DNA of 46,983 nt from an uncultured Bacilli bacterium (GTDB taxonomy: Bacteria > Bacillota_I > Bacilli_A > RF39 > UBA660): positions 1-46,983 of the forward strand of contig CALVQH010000003.1 in NCBI GenBank assembly GCA_944358115.1, read 5' to 3'. The translations under genes were made by a program, and so were the position numbers. Of this stretch, positions 35,199 through 43,386 are shown in pieces; the stretch's first letter is position 1, and every line of letters begins with the position of its first letter. The notes below the pieces were generated by a model. It made no database searches. It was not told where the DNA came from and saw nothing but the letters and a program-made list of their open reading frames with translations.

Positions 35199-35243
35199 TA
35201 CTACTCACCACCAACAGTATAGCAGAATTATACCACTATTACA

Positions 35244-35281
35244 ATTAAAAAAGAATGATTATACATATTCATCATTCTTTA
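35244..35281 (-). terminator. intrinsic terminator of ftsZ
   Basis: aagaatgat-(11 nt)-atcattctt hairpin overlapping the stop codon; tttttt on the minus strand. Confidence 0.55.
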
Positions 35282-36364
35282 AAATCTATTGTCTTTATTA
35301 TTTCTTAAGAAAGGCGGAATGTCATATTCATCATCTAGTGTTTCTTCGACTGGACGACGTCTTGGCATTTTGTTATCATCGCTAAATAACATTTCGTCAG
35401 TTTCTCCTTGATTTTCAAAGCCAGTAGCAATAACCGTTACAATTACTTCGTCGGTTAAGTTATCATTTTGAATTGCACCAAAGATAATATTGACATCATT
35501 ATTGGCAGCAGCACGAACTGTTTCAACAGCATCTTCAATTTCAAATAAAGTTAAATTTGGTCCACCAGTAACATTTACAATGGCATTCGTTGCCCCTTCA
35601 ATTGTTGCTTCAAGTAAAGAATTGGCAACTGCTTGGCGAGCCGCTTCAATGGCTCTATTTTCACCAGCATTACAACCGATACCAATAATGGCAGTACCAC
35701 TTTTTTGCATAACTGTTTTAACATCAGCAAAGTCTAGGTTGATAATTCCCGTAACAGCGATTAAATCGGAAATTGATTGAACTCCACGATGTAAAACGTT
35801 ATCTACTTCTTTGAAGGCATCTTTAAATGAAGTATTTCTATCAATAATATCTCTTAATTTATCATTTGGGATGACAATCAAAGTATCGACATTTTTCTTT
35901 AATTCTTCAAGGCCTAGTAAAGCATTTTCCATTCTTCTTTTACCTTCGAATCTAAATGGCTTGGTTACAATACCTACGGTTAGCGCACCTGATTCTTGAG
36001 CAATCTCAGCGATTACAGGAGCAGCACCTGTTCCTGTTCCTCCACCCATACCACAAGCAACAAAGACCATATCAGCACCTTTAATGGCTTCCTCTAGATC
36101 TACTTTTGATTCAATGGCAGCAGCGCGTCCAATCTCCGGATTAGCACCGGCTCCTAGTCCTTCCGTAATTGTCGCACCAATTTGAATTTTATTTTCACAT
36201 TTACTAGCATTTAATACTTGTAAATCTGTATTTACGACAATAAATTCGACACCTTTTACTCCTTCTTCGATCATTCTATTAACGGCATTATTTCCCCCAC
36301 CGCCAACACCAACGACTTTGATTTTAGCTATTTGATCCATTTCTAAACCGTTCATATTTTGCAC
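35279..36364 (-). CDS. ftsZ: cell division GTPase FtsZ
   Basis: [13 protein letters not shown] and the tubulin signature [14 protein letters not shown]-terminal DIPPFLR tail. Confidence 0.95.
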   Translation of the reverse strand: MQNMNGLEMDQIAKIKVVGVGGGGNNAVNRMIEEGVKGVEFIVVNTDLQVLNASKCENKIQIGATITEGLGAGANPEIGRAAAIESKVDLEEAIKGADMVFVACGMGGGTGTGAAPVIAEIAQESGALTVGIVTKPFRFEGKRRMENALLGLEELKKNVDTLIVIPNDKLRDIIDRNTSFKDAFKEVDNVLHRGVQSISDLIAVTGIINLDFADVKTVMQKSGTAIIGIGCNAGENRAIEAARQAVANSLLEATIEGATNAIVNVTGGPNLTLFEIEDAVETVRAAANNDVNIIFGAIQNDNLTDEVIVTVIATGFENQGETDEMLFSDDNKMPRRRPVEETLDDEYDIPPFLRNNKDNRF

Positions 36365-36369
36365 TCTCC

Positions 36370-37611
36370 TTAACTATCAAAAAAATATCCGAATAATTTT
36401 CCTAATATAGAATTTTCATTGATACTTACCTTTTTATGAACTCCACTTAATATTTCCAGTTCATCTAAATTAAATACCGAATATTCTTTATTCTTCAATT
36501 TTAATCTTCCGTTGTAATATTTAATTGTTCCTAATACAGTACTATATTTGTTATTTCTAGCACCTACAGTATCTATTTTACCAAGAATATGGGGTTTAGT
36601 AAAGACTTTATCGAGCAAATTATTAAAATCTCCAATTTCACTAGACCCTCCAGTTATAATTATATATTCAATTTCTCTTTTTGTTAAGAGGTTAATTTGT
36701 TTTCCTGCCAATTCTAATATTTCTTTTAATCTGCTTTCAATGATTTCACTTAAATCACGCTGATTAATCACCACTTCTTCACCTAAGCGATCGGTTAGTG
36801 TTACTTTTTCTTCGCTTCTTGCCATATCACTACAAGCTAGGCCAATTCTCTCTTTTAATTCTCTGGCATCTTTTTTGGTTATTTTATAAATGTAAGCAAT
36901 ATCATTATCAATATTGGCTCCCCCGAGTTCTATTACTTCGGCACGAGTAAGTATGCCTTTATTAAAGATTGATACGGTTGTTGTTTCTTCGCCAATGTTA
37001 ATCATAGCCCCAATTTTTTCATTTGAACCTTTGAAACGATTACTGGCATAATCTCCTAAAGAAGAGGTTACGACATCGATTACTTTGATACCAATTGTTT
37101 CTAATACCTTTAAAAACTCTATGACACTACTTTTTGGGGCAGTAATTAAAACAGCTTTTAAAGATAATTTTTTACCAATCATGTTAATAGGATTTTTGAC
37201 AATATCATTATCTACTTTATAAGTGGTTGGTAAAATAGAAATTAATTCTTCATCTTCCCCTATTTTGTTGTAACTAGCAGCGTGCATTGCTCTAATTAAA
37301 TCTTGATAGGTTACGACATGATCTTCATTTGTTATTGTGCTCGTTCCTTCTGACATTTCCGCTTCGGTATAATAAGCAGGAATGGATAAAACGACTTCTT
37401 TTATAGGAATTCCTAACATTTCTTCTGCTTTGTGAAAAGTTTCTTTTAAAACAGGAATTAATTCTTCTCTTCTATATACTAATCCTTTTTTGATTCCTTT
37501 ACTAGGCACTTCAGAGGTACATAAAACATGGAGTCTGTTTTTGACGAACTCACCCACTATAAGTTTAATGGTGTTTGATCCGATGTCTAAACTCGCAATA
37601 ATTTTCCTCAT
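36370..37611 (-). CDS. ftsA: cell division protein FtsA
   Basis: Actin-fold [32 protein letters not shown]. Immediately upstream of ftsZ. Confidence 0.9.
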   Translation of the reverse strand: MRKIIASLDIGSNTIKLIVGEFVKNRLHVLCTSEVPSKGIKKGLVYRREELIPVLKETFHKAEEMLGIPIKEVVLSIPAYYTEAEMSEGTSTITNEDHVVTYQDLIRAMHAASYNKIGEDEELISILPTTYKVDNDIVKNPINMIGKKLSLKAVLITAPKSSVIEFLKVLETIGIKVIDVVTSSLGDYASNRFKGSNEKIGAMINIGEETTTVSIFNKGILTRAEVIELGGANIDNDIAYIYKITKKDARELKERIGLACSDMARSEEKVTLTDRLGEEVVINQRDLSEIIESRLKEILELAGKQINLLTKREIEYIIITGGSSEIGDFNNLLDKVFTKPHILGKIDTVGARNNKYSTVLGTIKYYNGRLKLKNKEYSVFNLDELEILSGVHKKVSINENSILGKLFGYFFDS

Positions 37612-37637
37612 AGTTTCCTCCTACTATTTTCTTTTTA

Positions 37638-37666
37638 ATTATACTTTACTTTTGGCGTTTTTTCAA
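37638..37666 (-). promoter_or_regulatory. near-consensus sigma-A promoter of ftsA-ftsZ
   Basis: Minus strand TTGAAA - 17 nt - TATAAT, then SD aggagga. Confidence 0.6.
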
Positions 37667-37674
37667 GATATTAA

Positions 37675-37701
37675 GAAAAAAAGTTCCAAGTTTATTGGAA
37701 C
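37675..37701 (-). terminator. intrinsic terminator of the Rel-like gene
   Basis: gttccaa-taaac-ttggaac hairpin (minus strand) spanning the stop codon, followed by ttttttt. Confidence 0.6.
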
Positions 37702-39158
37702 GATTTTTTCTTTTGACGAGTTAAACTTAATCCTTCTTCCTTTTTTAATTCTTCCTCTTTGGTAATAATTACTACATAATCATTTTCTTTTAGAGGAAAA
37801 TTTAAATCTACTTTAATTCCATTTACTTTGGCACTACTTGCTTCACTTTTTAGTTTTGAATGGATTTTATAAGCTAAATCGGCAACCGTCGACATGGCTG
37901 GTAAGCAATAAATGGTACCATCTGCAACATGAACATTTATTTTTTCTGCTAATAGTTCTCTTACTGTTGTGTTGATTAATTCAAATGGTTTTTTATATAA
38001 TTTATAGTTTTTATTTAAAGATTGAAAGAAAGGATTATTGTGTATTAATTCTTCTTGAATTTCACGAATGCTTTTTTTAGGATAAATATCGATTAAAGCT
38101 GCAAATCCATAGTTATTTACTAAAAACATTTCTTTCGTAAATAGGCGAATTTGAAATGGTGATTTTTTCCCCTTTATTTGTAAGTGAAGAGCTTGATAGC
38201 CATTTGGTCTAGGGTTAGCAATAAAATCAGTTATTTTCAAAACAGTAACATTTTGAGAAATTTCTTGGGCTAACTTATTTATTTCTTCTTTATCTTCTAC
38301 CATGATATCAAAAGAAATTAAATTTGGTAATAGTGATATTTTTTTATTTTGGATAAGACTTTGATAGATAGCAAAATGATTCATAATACGTGGTCTAATG
38401 TTGGCAGTAATTCCTAGTTTTGCTTCTAATTCTTCTAAATCTTTTAATATTTTTTCTATTCTTGGTTGATGTTTAATTAAATAATCATCACTCATTCCTT
38501 TAATTTCCCGATAATTTCTATCACTTAAATAGCGGAAAGAAATATCAACTAATTCTTCTCTGGTTTTTAGTGCTCCTACATGGGTAGCAAGTGGGACAAA
38601 AAAGCGAAGTGTTTCAGCACTTTTGGCAATTCTTTTTGGCTCTTCTTTGTATTCCAGCGTACGCATATTATGAAGGCGGTCAGCTAGTTTAATATAAATT
38701 TCCCGATAATCTTTTAAAATACTCTTTAATAGTAAATAATTATTATAATCTTCTTTTTCTTTTTTACTTACCAATTCTTTCATTTTGGTTACGCCCATGA
38801 CTAAATTAGCAACATCTTGATTAAAAAGGTTGGCAATCCACTCTTTGGTAATTCCACAATCTTCAATCGTATCATGTAAAAGAGCAGCAGCAATACTATC
38901 AGCATCATGTAATTTCATACTTTCAAGTAAAATATAAGCTACATAAGTGGGATGAATAATATAGGGTTCACCACTATTTCTTTTTTGACCACGATGAAGA
39001 TCTTTCGCAACTAAATAGGCCTTTTTAATTAATAAAATTTCTTCTGTATTAAAATACTTTTTAGCTTCTTTTATTAATTCGTCATAAATTTCCGTATGGT
39101 TAGCATTTTTATTAATCGGAAAATAAGAATTTGTTTTTTTTACATATTCGTTTGACAT
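37692..39158 (-). CDS. truncated long-RSH (Rel/SpoT) homologue: intact HD hydrolase domain, degenerate synthetase domain, C-terminal TGS; no ZFD/ACT region
   Basis: Hydrolase motifs HRGQKRNSGEPYIIHP, LLHDTIEDC, ADRLHNMRTL. Synthetase region has NGYQALH, but EVQIRT is replaced by PFQIRLFT and RxKxxxS is degenerate (RPRIMNHFAIY). TGS-like VHVADGTIYCLPAMSTVADLAYKIH...VNGIKV. 488 aa versus about 730 for canonical Rel. Confidence 0.75.
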   Translation of the reverse strand: MSNEYVKKTNSYFPINKNANHTEIYDELIKEAKKYFNTEEILLIKKAYLVAKDLHRGQKRNSGEPYIIHPTYVAYILLESMKLHDADSIAAALLHDTIEDCGITKEWIANLFNQDVANLVMGVTKMKELVSKKEKEDYNNYLLLKSILKDYREIYIKLADRLHNMRTLEYKEEPKRIAKSAETLRFFVPLATHVGALKTREELVDISFRYLSDRNYREIKGMSDDYLIKHQPRIEKILKDLEELEAKLGITANIRPRIMNHFAIYQSLIQNKKISLLPNLISFDIMVEDKEEINKLAQEISQNVTVLKITDFIANPRPNGYQALHLQIKGKKSPFQIRLFTKEMFLVNNYGFAALIDIYPKKSIREIQEELIHNNPFFQSLNKNYKLYKKPFELINTTVRELLAEKINVHVADGTIYCLPAMSTVADLAYKIHSKLKSEASSAKVNGIKVDLNFPLKENDYVVIITKEEELKKEEGLSLTRQKKKSFQ

Positions 39159-39190
39159 CTTGCTACACCCCCTCCATTAAATTTATGGCT

Positions 39191-39219
39191 ATCATACCAA
39201 ATTAATGGTTTCTTGTCAA
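39191..39219 (-). promoter_or_regulatory. sigma-A promoter of the Rel-like gene
   Basis: Minus strand TTGACA - 17 nt - TATGAT, then SD ggaggggg. Confidence 0.6.
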
Positions 39220-39226
39220 ATTTTGT

Positions 39227-40858
39227 TTATATTAAACGAATACGATAAGATATATTTCTAATATTTAAAACAAGTTCTACACGATCCGTATTTGCTACTT
39301 CTTTAGGTACTTTAATTACAGCTTTCTCACTATAAGAGCTGGGATTTTCTATCGATACATCATAATAATAAGTAGTTCCATTTATCCTGTAAACAATTTG
39401 GGTATAATCCTCAAAAAATGAGCGATAACTTCTTGTTATGTCCATATAAGGAATATCAGGATCGATTGTTAGATTATAATCTAGAACTAAAAGAGTCATT
39501 CTACTGCCATCATTAGCATAATCAATTGAAACAGAACCCGTAGAAGGAATACAATTATTTTCAGTAATACAATAATCATACGTATAAGTATAACGATTAG
39601 TAAATTCATAGTCCGTAATAGCAAACGTAGAATTACCTAAATTAGTAGAAGATAAATCAATATTGGTTCCTAAACTAACATTATTAGAAATAATCTCATC
39701 ACTAATTAAAGTTGGATCTAAGCGAATACGATTATTTACGGTGCCTATTCCTCCGACACTTCCGTCATAGTGAGAATAAACAGTTAAAAGAAAATCTTGA
39801 TTAATTAAGTATTTATCTATTTCATAAACAAGAATGTAATTGCTAGTAGTATTTCCCTTTATAAAGGTTCCACTATAAGGGGTTCCATAATCAGTAAAAT
39901 AATTAGCAATGGATAAGTTTGGCAAGAAATATTCGTTATTAATCGTTAATTCTAAATTTACATAATTAAATTCATGATCTTCCCGGTAACGATTTGTAAC
40001 TTCTAATTGCAAAATAACATAGTATTTATCTTCGTTTAATACTTCTCCATTTTGACTTAAGTTAGAAATATAACTGTTTTTTATGGTAAAGTTGAGGTAG
40101 CCAGAAGCAATGCTATCATTTTCTTTATATACTCTTTGATAAACTTCTTCATTCATATAAAGAAGTGTTCCTACAACTCCAATTGCTATCACCACAATCA
40201 TGATAAAAACAAATTTATTTTCTTTGTAATAATATTTTAATTCTCGAAAGAAACGCCTTACCGTTCTTTTGGCTTTATCAGCGTCAATTCCAATTAAGAA
40301 TTCTACTTCTTCACTATCTTCACTGCTTATTTCTAGTTCTGCTAAATCACTTTTAAAATCAAATTGTTTGATATTAAAACCTATACCTCTTATGGCAGTA
40401 AAAATAATAAAGATATATTGACTATAATGAACGATAGTAGCTAAATCTCTAATTAACCTTGCGAATACTGGGTCTAGCGTATCATTTTCAATCGATTTAA
40501 AGATAGCAAAACTAACTGTTATTAATATGAATATTACTAAATAATAGACAATGCTTATATTATAGAATTTAGTTGGTTTATCTTTTCTTTGTAAAACAAT
40601 TGTTAAAAAGATTAAAACAACCAAAATGATAATAACTGCTAGATACATGAATATATTAATGTAATTGCTAGCTAGAGATGATAACACATCAGTTGATGAT
40701 CCTAATGTATAATTATTTGCAACATAATCATGAAAAAAAGTTAACATTTCTCGTGTTTGTGTTACCAAAAAAATCATAGGGATTAATAGCAATAAATGGA
40801 TTAATCTAAAATGTTTAATAATAAAGGCATAAGGTTTTTTGATAATCATGTTAAACAC
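39227..40858 (-). CDS. hypothetical membrane protein: N-terminal multi-TM block, acidic loop, further TM, large beta-rich extracytoplasmic C-terminal region
   Basis: 543 aa. TM segments in residues about 15-170 and about 215-235. The C-terminal part has patterns such as YYVILQLEVTNRYREDHEF, reminiscent of DUF4352-type beta-sandwich domains (from memory, unverified). Confidence 0.55.
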   Translation of the reverse strand: MFNMIIKKPYAFIIKHFRLIHLLLLIPMIFLVTQTREMLTFFHDYVANNYTLGSSTDVLSSLASNYINIFMYLAVIIILVVLIFLTIVLQRKDKPTKFYNISIVYYLVIFILITVSFAIFKSIENDTLDPVFARLIRDLATIVHYSQYIFIIFTAIRGIGFNIKQFDFKSDLAELEISSEDSEEVEFLIGIDADKAKRTVRRFFRELKYYYKENKFVFIMIVVIAIGVVGTLLYMNEEVYQRVYKENDSIASGYLNFTIKNSYISNLSQNGEVLNEDKYYVILQLEVTNRYREDHEFNYVNLELTINNEYFLPNLSIANYFTDYGTPYSGTFIKGNTTSNYILVYEIDKYLINQDFLLTVYSHYDGSVGGIGTVNNRIRLDPTLISDEIISNNVSLGTNIDLSSTNLGNSTFAITDYEFTNRYTYTYDYCITENNCIPSTGSVSIDYANDGSRMTLLVLDYNLTIDPDIPYMDITRSYRSFFEDYTQIVYRINGTTYYYDVSIENPSSYSEKAVIKVPKEVANTDRVELVLNIRNISYRIRLI

Positions 40859-40869
40859 CTACCATTACA

Positions 40870-40898
40870 ATTTTAACAAACAAAACCCTCTTTGTAAA
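40870..40898 (-). promoter_or_regulatory. candidate promoter of the 543-aa membrane protein gene
   Basis: Minus strand TTTACA - 17 nt - TAAAAT, about 12 nt upstream of SD ggtaggtg. Confidence 0.4.
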
Positions 40899-40947
40899 TT
40901 AATTTAAAAATTATTTTCAATTTTTTAAAAAAATTCACAAAAAGTAG

Positions 40948-40976
40948 TTGACAAAAATCCATTTATCATTTAATAT
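40948..40976 (+). promoter_or_regulatory. consensus sigma-A promoter driving a short non-coding transcript
   Basis: TTGACA (40948-40953) - 17 nt - TAATAT (40971-40976) on the plus strand, between two minus-strand genes. Confidence 0.6.
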
Positions 40977-40982
40977 AACAAT

Positions 40983-41086
40983 CACCAATTCACTTAACAA
41001 GGCGAATTGGTGCTAGTATCACACTAGTCAACCCCTTTTTATTCTTTTAAGAAGCTGTCTTCAGGGGGCAGCTTCGATTTTTTTTT
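40983..41086 (+). ncRNA. candidate small RNA, about 104 nt, family not recognised
   Basis: No ATG/SD. Hairpin 1 caccaattc/gaattggtg (40983-41012). Hairpin 2 ctagt-atcac-actag (41013-41027). Single-stranded C-rich tcaaccccttttt. Terminator gaagctgtc-ttcaggg-ggcagcttc (41051-41075), followed by nine T. Confidence 0.5.
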
Positions 41087-41087
41087 G

Positions 41088-41130
41088 CAAAAAATTAGAG
41101 TGAAGCAAAAGTACAAAAAAGCTTCACTCT
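41088..41130 (-). terminator. intrinsic terminator of the 576-aa exoprotein gene
   Basis: 10-bp stem agagtgaagc/gcttcactct with a 14-nt loop; aatttttt follows on the minus strand. Confidence 0.55.
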
Positions 41131-41180
41131 ATTGTAATAATAACTTGCCCATGGGTAAAGGAAAAGAGCCATAGGCAAGA

Positions 41181-42911
41181 TTATGCAACTACATATGGGT
41201 TTTCTACTGTACCAGAACCGGTTATTATAACTTTAGAGGATAAATTAATGACTGGTCGAACGCCATATAAGCTGCCTACATTTTTATTTGAGTTAATATT
41301 ACCAAAAGAATCTATGGCAAAGACACTAGCATTATTATTTGAAGCATTAAAGTATGCAGGAGATATAGTCCAGTAGTTTTGGCCTGTATATAAGTAATAA
41401 CTATTATTATTTGTTGTTACTCCACCTCCTGCTAACAAGATCTCATCCAGTGTAATTAACCCAATCTTAGTGGTATATAAATCTAGGTTATTGCCGCATT
41501 TTAATGTTGGTGATCTGTCAATTAATCTTTCATATGGAATATAATATATGATACTGCTTGGCCTTTCACTCCAACTATATTCACTGGCCATATTTCGATC
41601 ATTACAAAATCCTGGGGCACTTACTAAATGATCGTCTAATCCTTGATCTGCAATATTGGCTGTATACCAATTATCTAGAACTTCTTTAATTGTACTTGGT
41701 TTGCCATCATTTTGTATACTAGGTCTTTGTTGACCTAATTCATATGCATATCCTACATGGTAACTATAATCCCATGAACTGTTATATGAACTTGTTTGTG
41801 TTTGTCTATCTTCGGATGATTCTCCATTCGCATGAGCGCTCGTTCCATCATAAATAATTCGGATTGATCCATCTCCATTGATTCTTATGATTCTCCAGTA
41901 GTATCCAGCAAATGATACATAGTTATTTTCTACTGCTCCTCGATAATAATAACTTGTTCCAAAATCATCTTTAGCTTCGTATATTCCATTTGTTTCTTCA
42001 CAATTTTCTATTCCTTCACAATTTGCTTGTGCTGTTTTACTAAAGTCCGGGGCGTTTATTTTATTTGGATTAGAACATATTATTTTACTTGTTCCATTTA
42101 ATTGTGTACATACTATTTCATTTGTTGATTCGTTTACTGTTAAATTTCCTAATGCTGTTGCTACTTGTTTTGTTTTTTCTAATTTTACTGCATAGTTATT
42201 ATTATCAATTGTTGCACTTGTAGTTGGTGTACAAATATTATCTGTTGTTGTACAGTATGTTGCACTAGTTACATTATTAGTTAAAGTACTAGTTAATGTT
42301 TTATCATTTAGTTCAAATGTTGCTTCTAGATTATCTACTACTTGTGTTTCTGGGTTTGCTACTACATTTATTTTAGATGAGTATACTTTATTTGCTGCTT
42401 GCTCAACTGTTGCATCATAATCAAGCCATAGTTTTAAATGATATGTCTTTGTCTCACTTGCTCCTAGCGTTCCTGTATATAAATTATATGCTTCATACGC
42501 TCCATCTATTTCTGGTGTTACACTTGTATTATCGTTTAGTATAGATATAACATTATCTACTGTATCACTAGATAAGGCTACTTTAATGTAATCTGCACTT
42601 AATGAATTAGATACTTGATTTAAACTTTCTAGATTAATGGAATAATTAGTAGAAGTATTACAACTATTAGTAATTGTAAAATCATAACTAGTTCCATCTA
42701 ATCCTTCTAGATCTGTAACTGGATAAGTATTCGTTAGATTAATAGATGCTGAGGCATCAGTTAAACTGATATTTAGGCAGCCACTTGTGAAGGTATTGGC
42801 TTGTTCCTGGTTTCCTCCCGTGGAGAAGAAGGCATAGGTTATTCCGATAATTCCGATTAATATGACTAGCGCTCCTGCTACTAAAAAGGTTATTTTTGTG
42901 CTTTTTGTCAT
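41181..42911 (-). CDS. large secreted protein with SipW-dependent (TasA/camelysin-type) signal peptide
   Basis: N-terminus MTKSTKITFLVAGALVILIGIIGITYAFFSTGGNQEQANTFTSGCLNISL matches the (T/A)YA(Y/F)FSD...NTFT(A/S)G.L pattern of SipW-type signal peptides. The C-terminal half has GYYWRIIRINGDGSIRIIYDG, YWTISPAYF and GVRPVINL motifs. Confidence 0.65.
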   Translation of the reverse strand: MTKSTKITFLVAGALVILIGIIGITYAFFSTGGNQEQANTFTSGCLNISLTDASASINLTNTYPVTDLEGLDGTSYDFTITNSCNTSTNYSINLESLNQVSNSLSADYIKVALSSDTVDNVISILNDNTSVTPEIDGAYEAYNLYTGTLGASETKTYHLKLWLDYDATVEQAANKVYSSKINVVANPETQVVDNLEATFELNDKTLTSTLTNNVTSATYCTTTDNICTPTTSATIDNNNYAVKLEKTKQVATALGNLTVNESTNEIVCTQLNGTSKIICSNPNKINAPDFSKTAQANCEGIENCEETNGIYEAKDDFGTSYYYRGAVENNYVSFAGYYWRIIRINGDGSIRIIYDGTSAHANGESSEDRQTQTSSYNSSWDYSYHVGYAYELGQQRPSIQNDGKPSTIKEVLDNWYTANIADQGLDDHLVSAPGFCNDRNMASEYSWSERPSSIIYYIPYERLIDRSPTLKCGNNLDLYTTKIGLITLDEILLAGGGVTTNNNSYYLYTGQNYWTISPAYFNASNNNASVFAIDSFGNINSNKNVGSLYGVRPVINLSSKVIITGSGTVENPYVVA

Positions 42912-42949
42912 TTTCTACTCTTCCTTTGCTCAATTATATTTATAATTTT

Positions 42950-42979
42950 ATTATATCTTTTATGGGGCATACTTGTCAA
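42950..42979 (-). promoter_or_regulatory. promoter of the 576-aa exoprotein gene
   Basis: Minus strand TTGACA (42979-42974) - 18 nt - TATAAT (42955-42950). SD aaggaag before the ATG at 42911. Confidence 0.55.
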
Positions 42980-43023
42980 TGTAAAAATGAGGCAAACTTG
43001 CTACAATTTTTTTGGTGATAAAA

Positions 43024-43248
43024 ATGCTTAAAGAATATCGTAAAAGAAAAAATATTAGTCAAGAAGAATTAGAAAGGTTGACTAATATAGATAGAAAAAC
43101 TATATTTAGGATCGAAAATGATTTAAATATGCCTCTGTTAGATACTTTTGCTAAAATGGTTGTAGCTTTGGATTTAACTGATGAAGAAATCGCCTTAGAA
43201 GTTAAGAAAATTATACAAAAAAATAAAAATATTTTAAAAAAGCTATAA
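43024..43248 (+). CDS. small XRE-family HTH transcriptional regulator (74 aa)
   Basis: HTH KNISQEELERLTNIDRKTIFRIENDLNMPLLDTFAKMVVAL. ATG 43024 with SD ggtga. Extended -10 tgctacaat at 42999-43007. Confidence 0.8.
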   Translation: MLKEYRKRKNISQEELERLTNIDRKTIFRIENDLNMPLLDTFAKMVVALDLTDEEIALEVKKIIQKNKNILKKL

Positions 43249-43386
43249 CATTTATAATAATCAATTATTCTTGTAAAATTAAAATTGAAAATTGAGATGA
43301 TAGTATGGTTATAATAAATATCGAAGAACTTTTAAAGAAAAATAATTCTTTCTGTTACTTTTTTTGACTTTTTATGTAACTTACTT

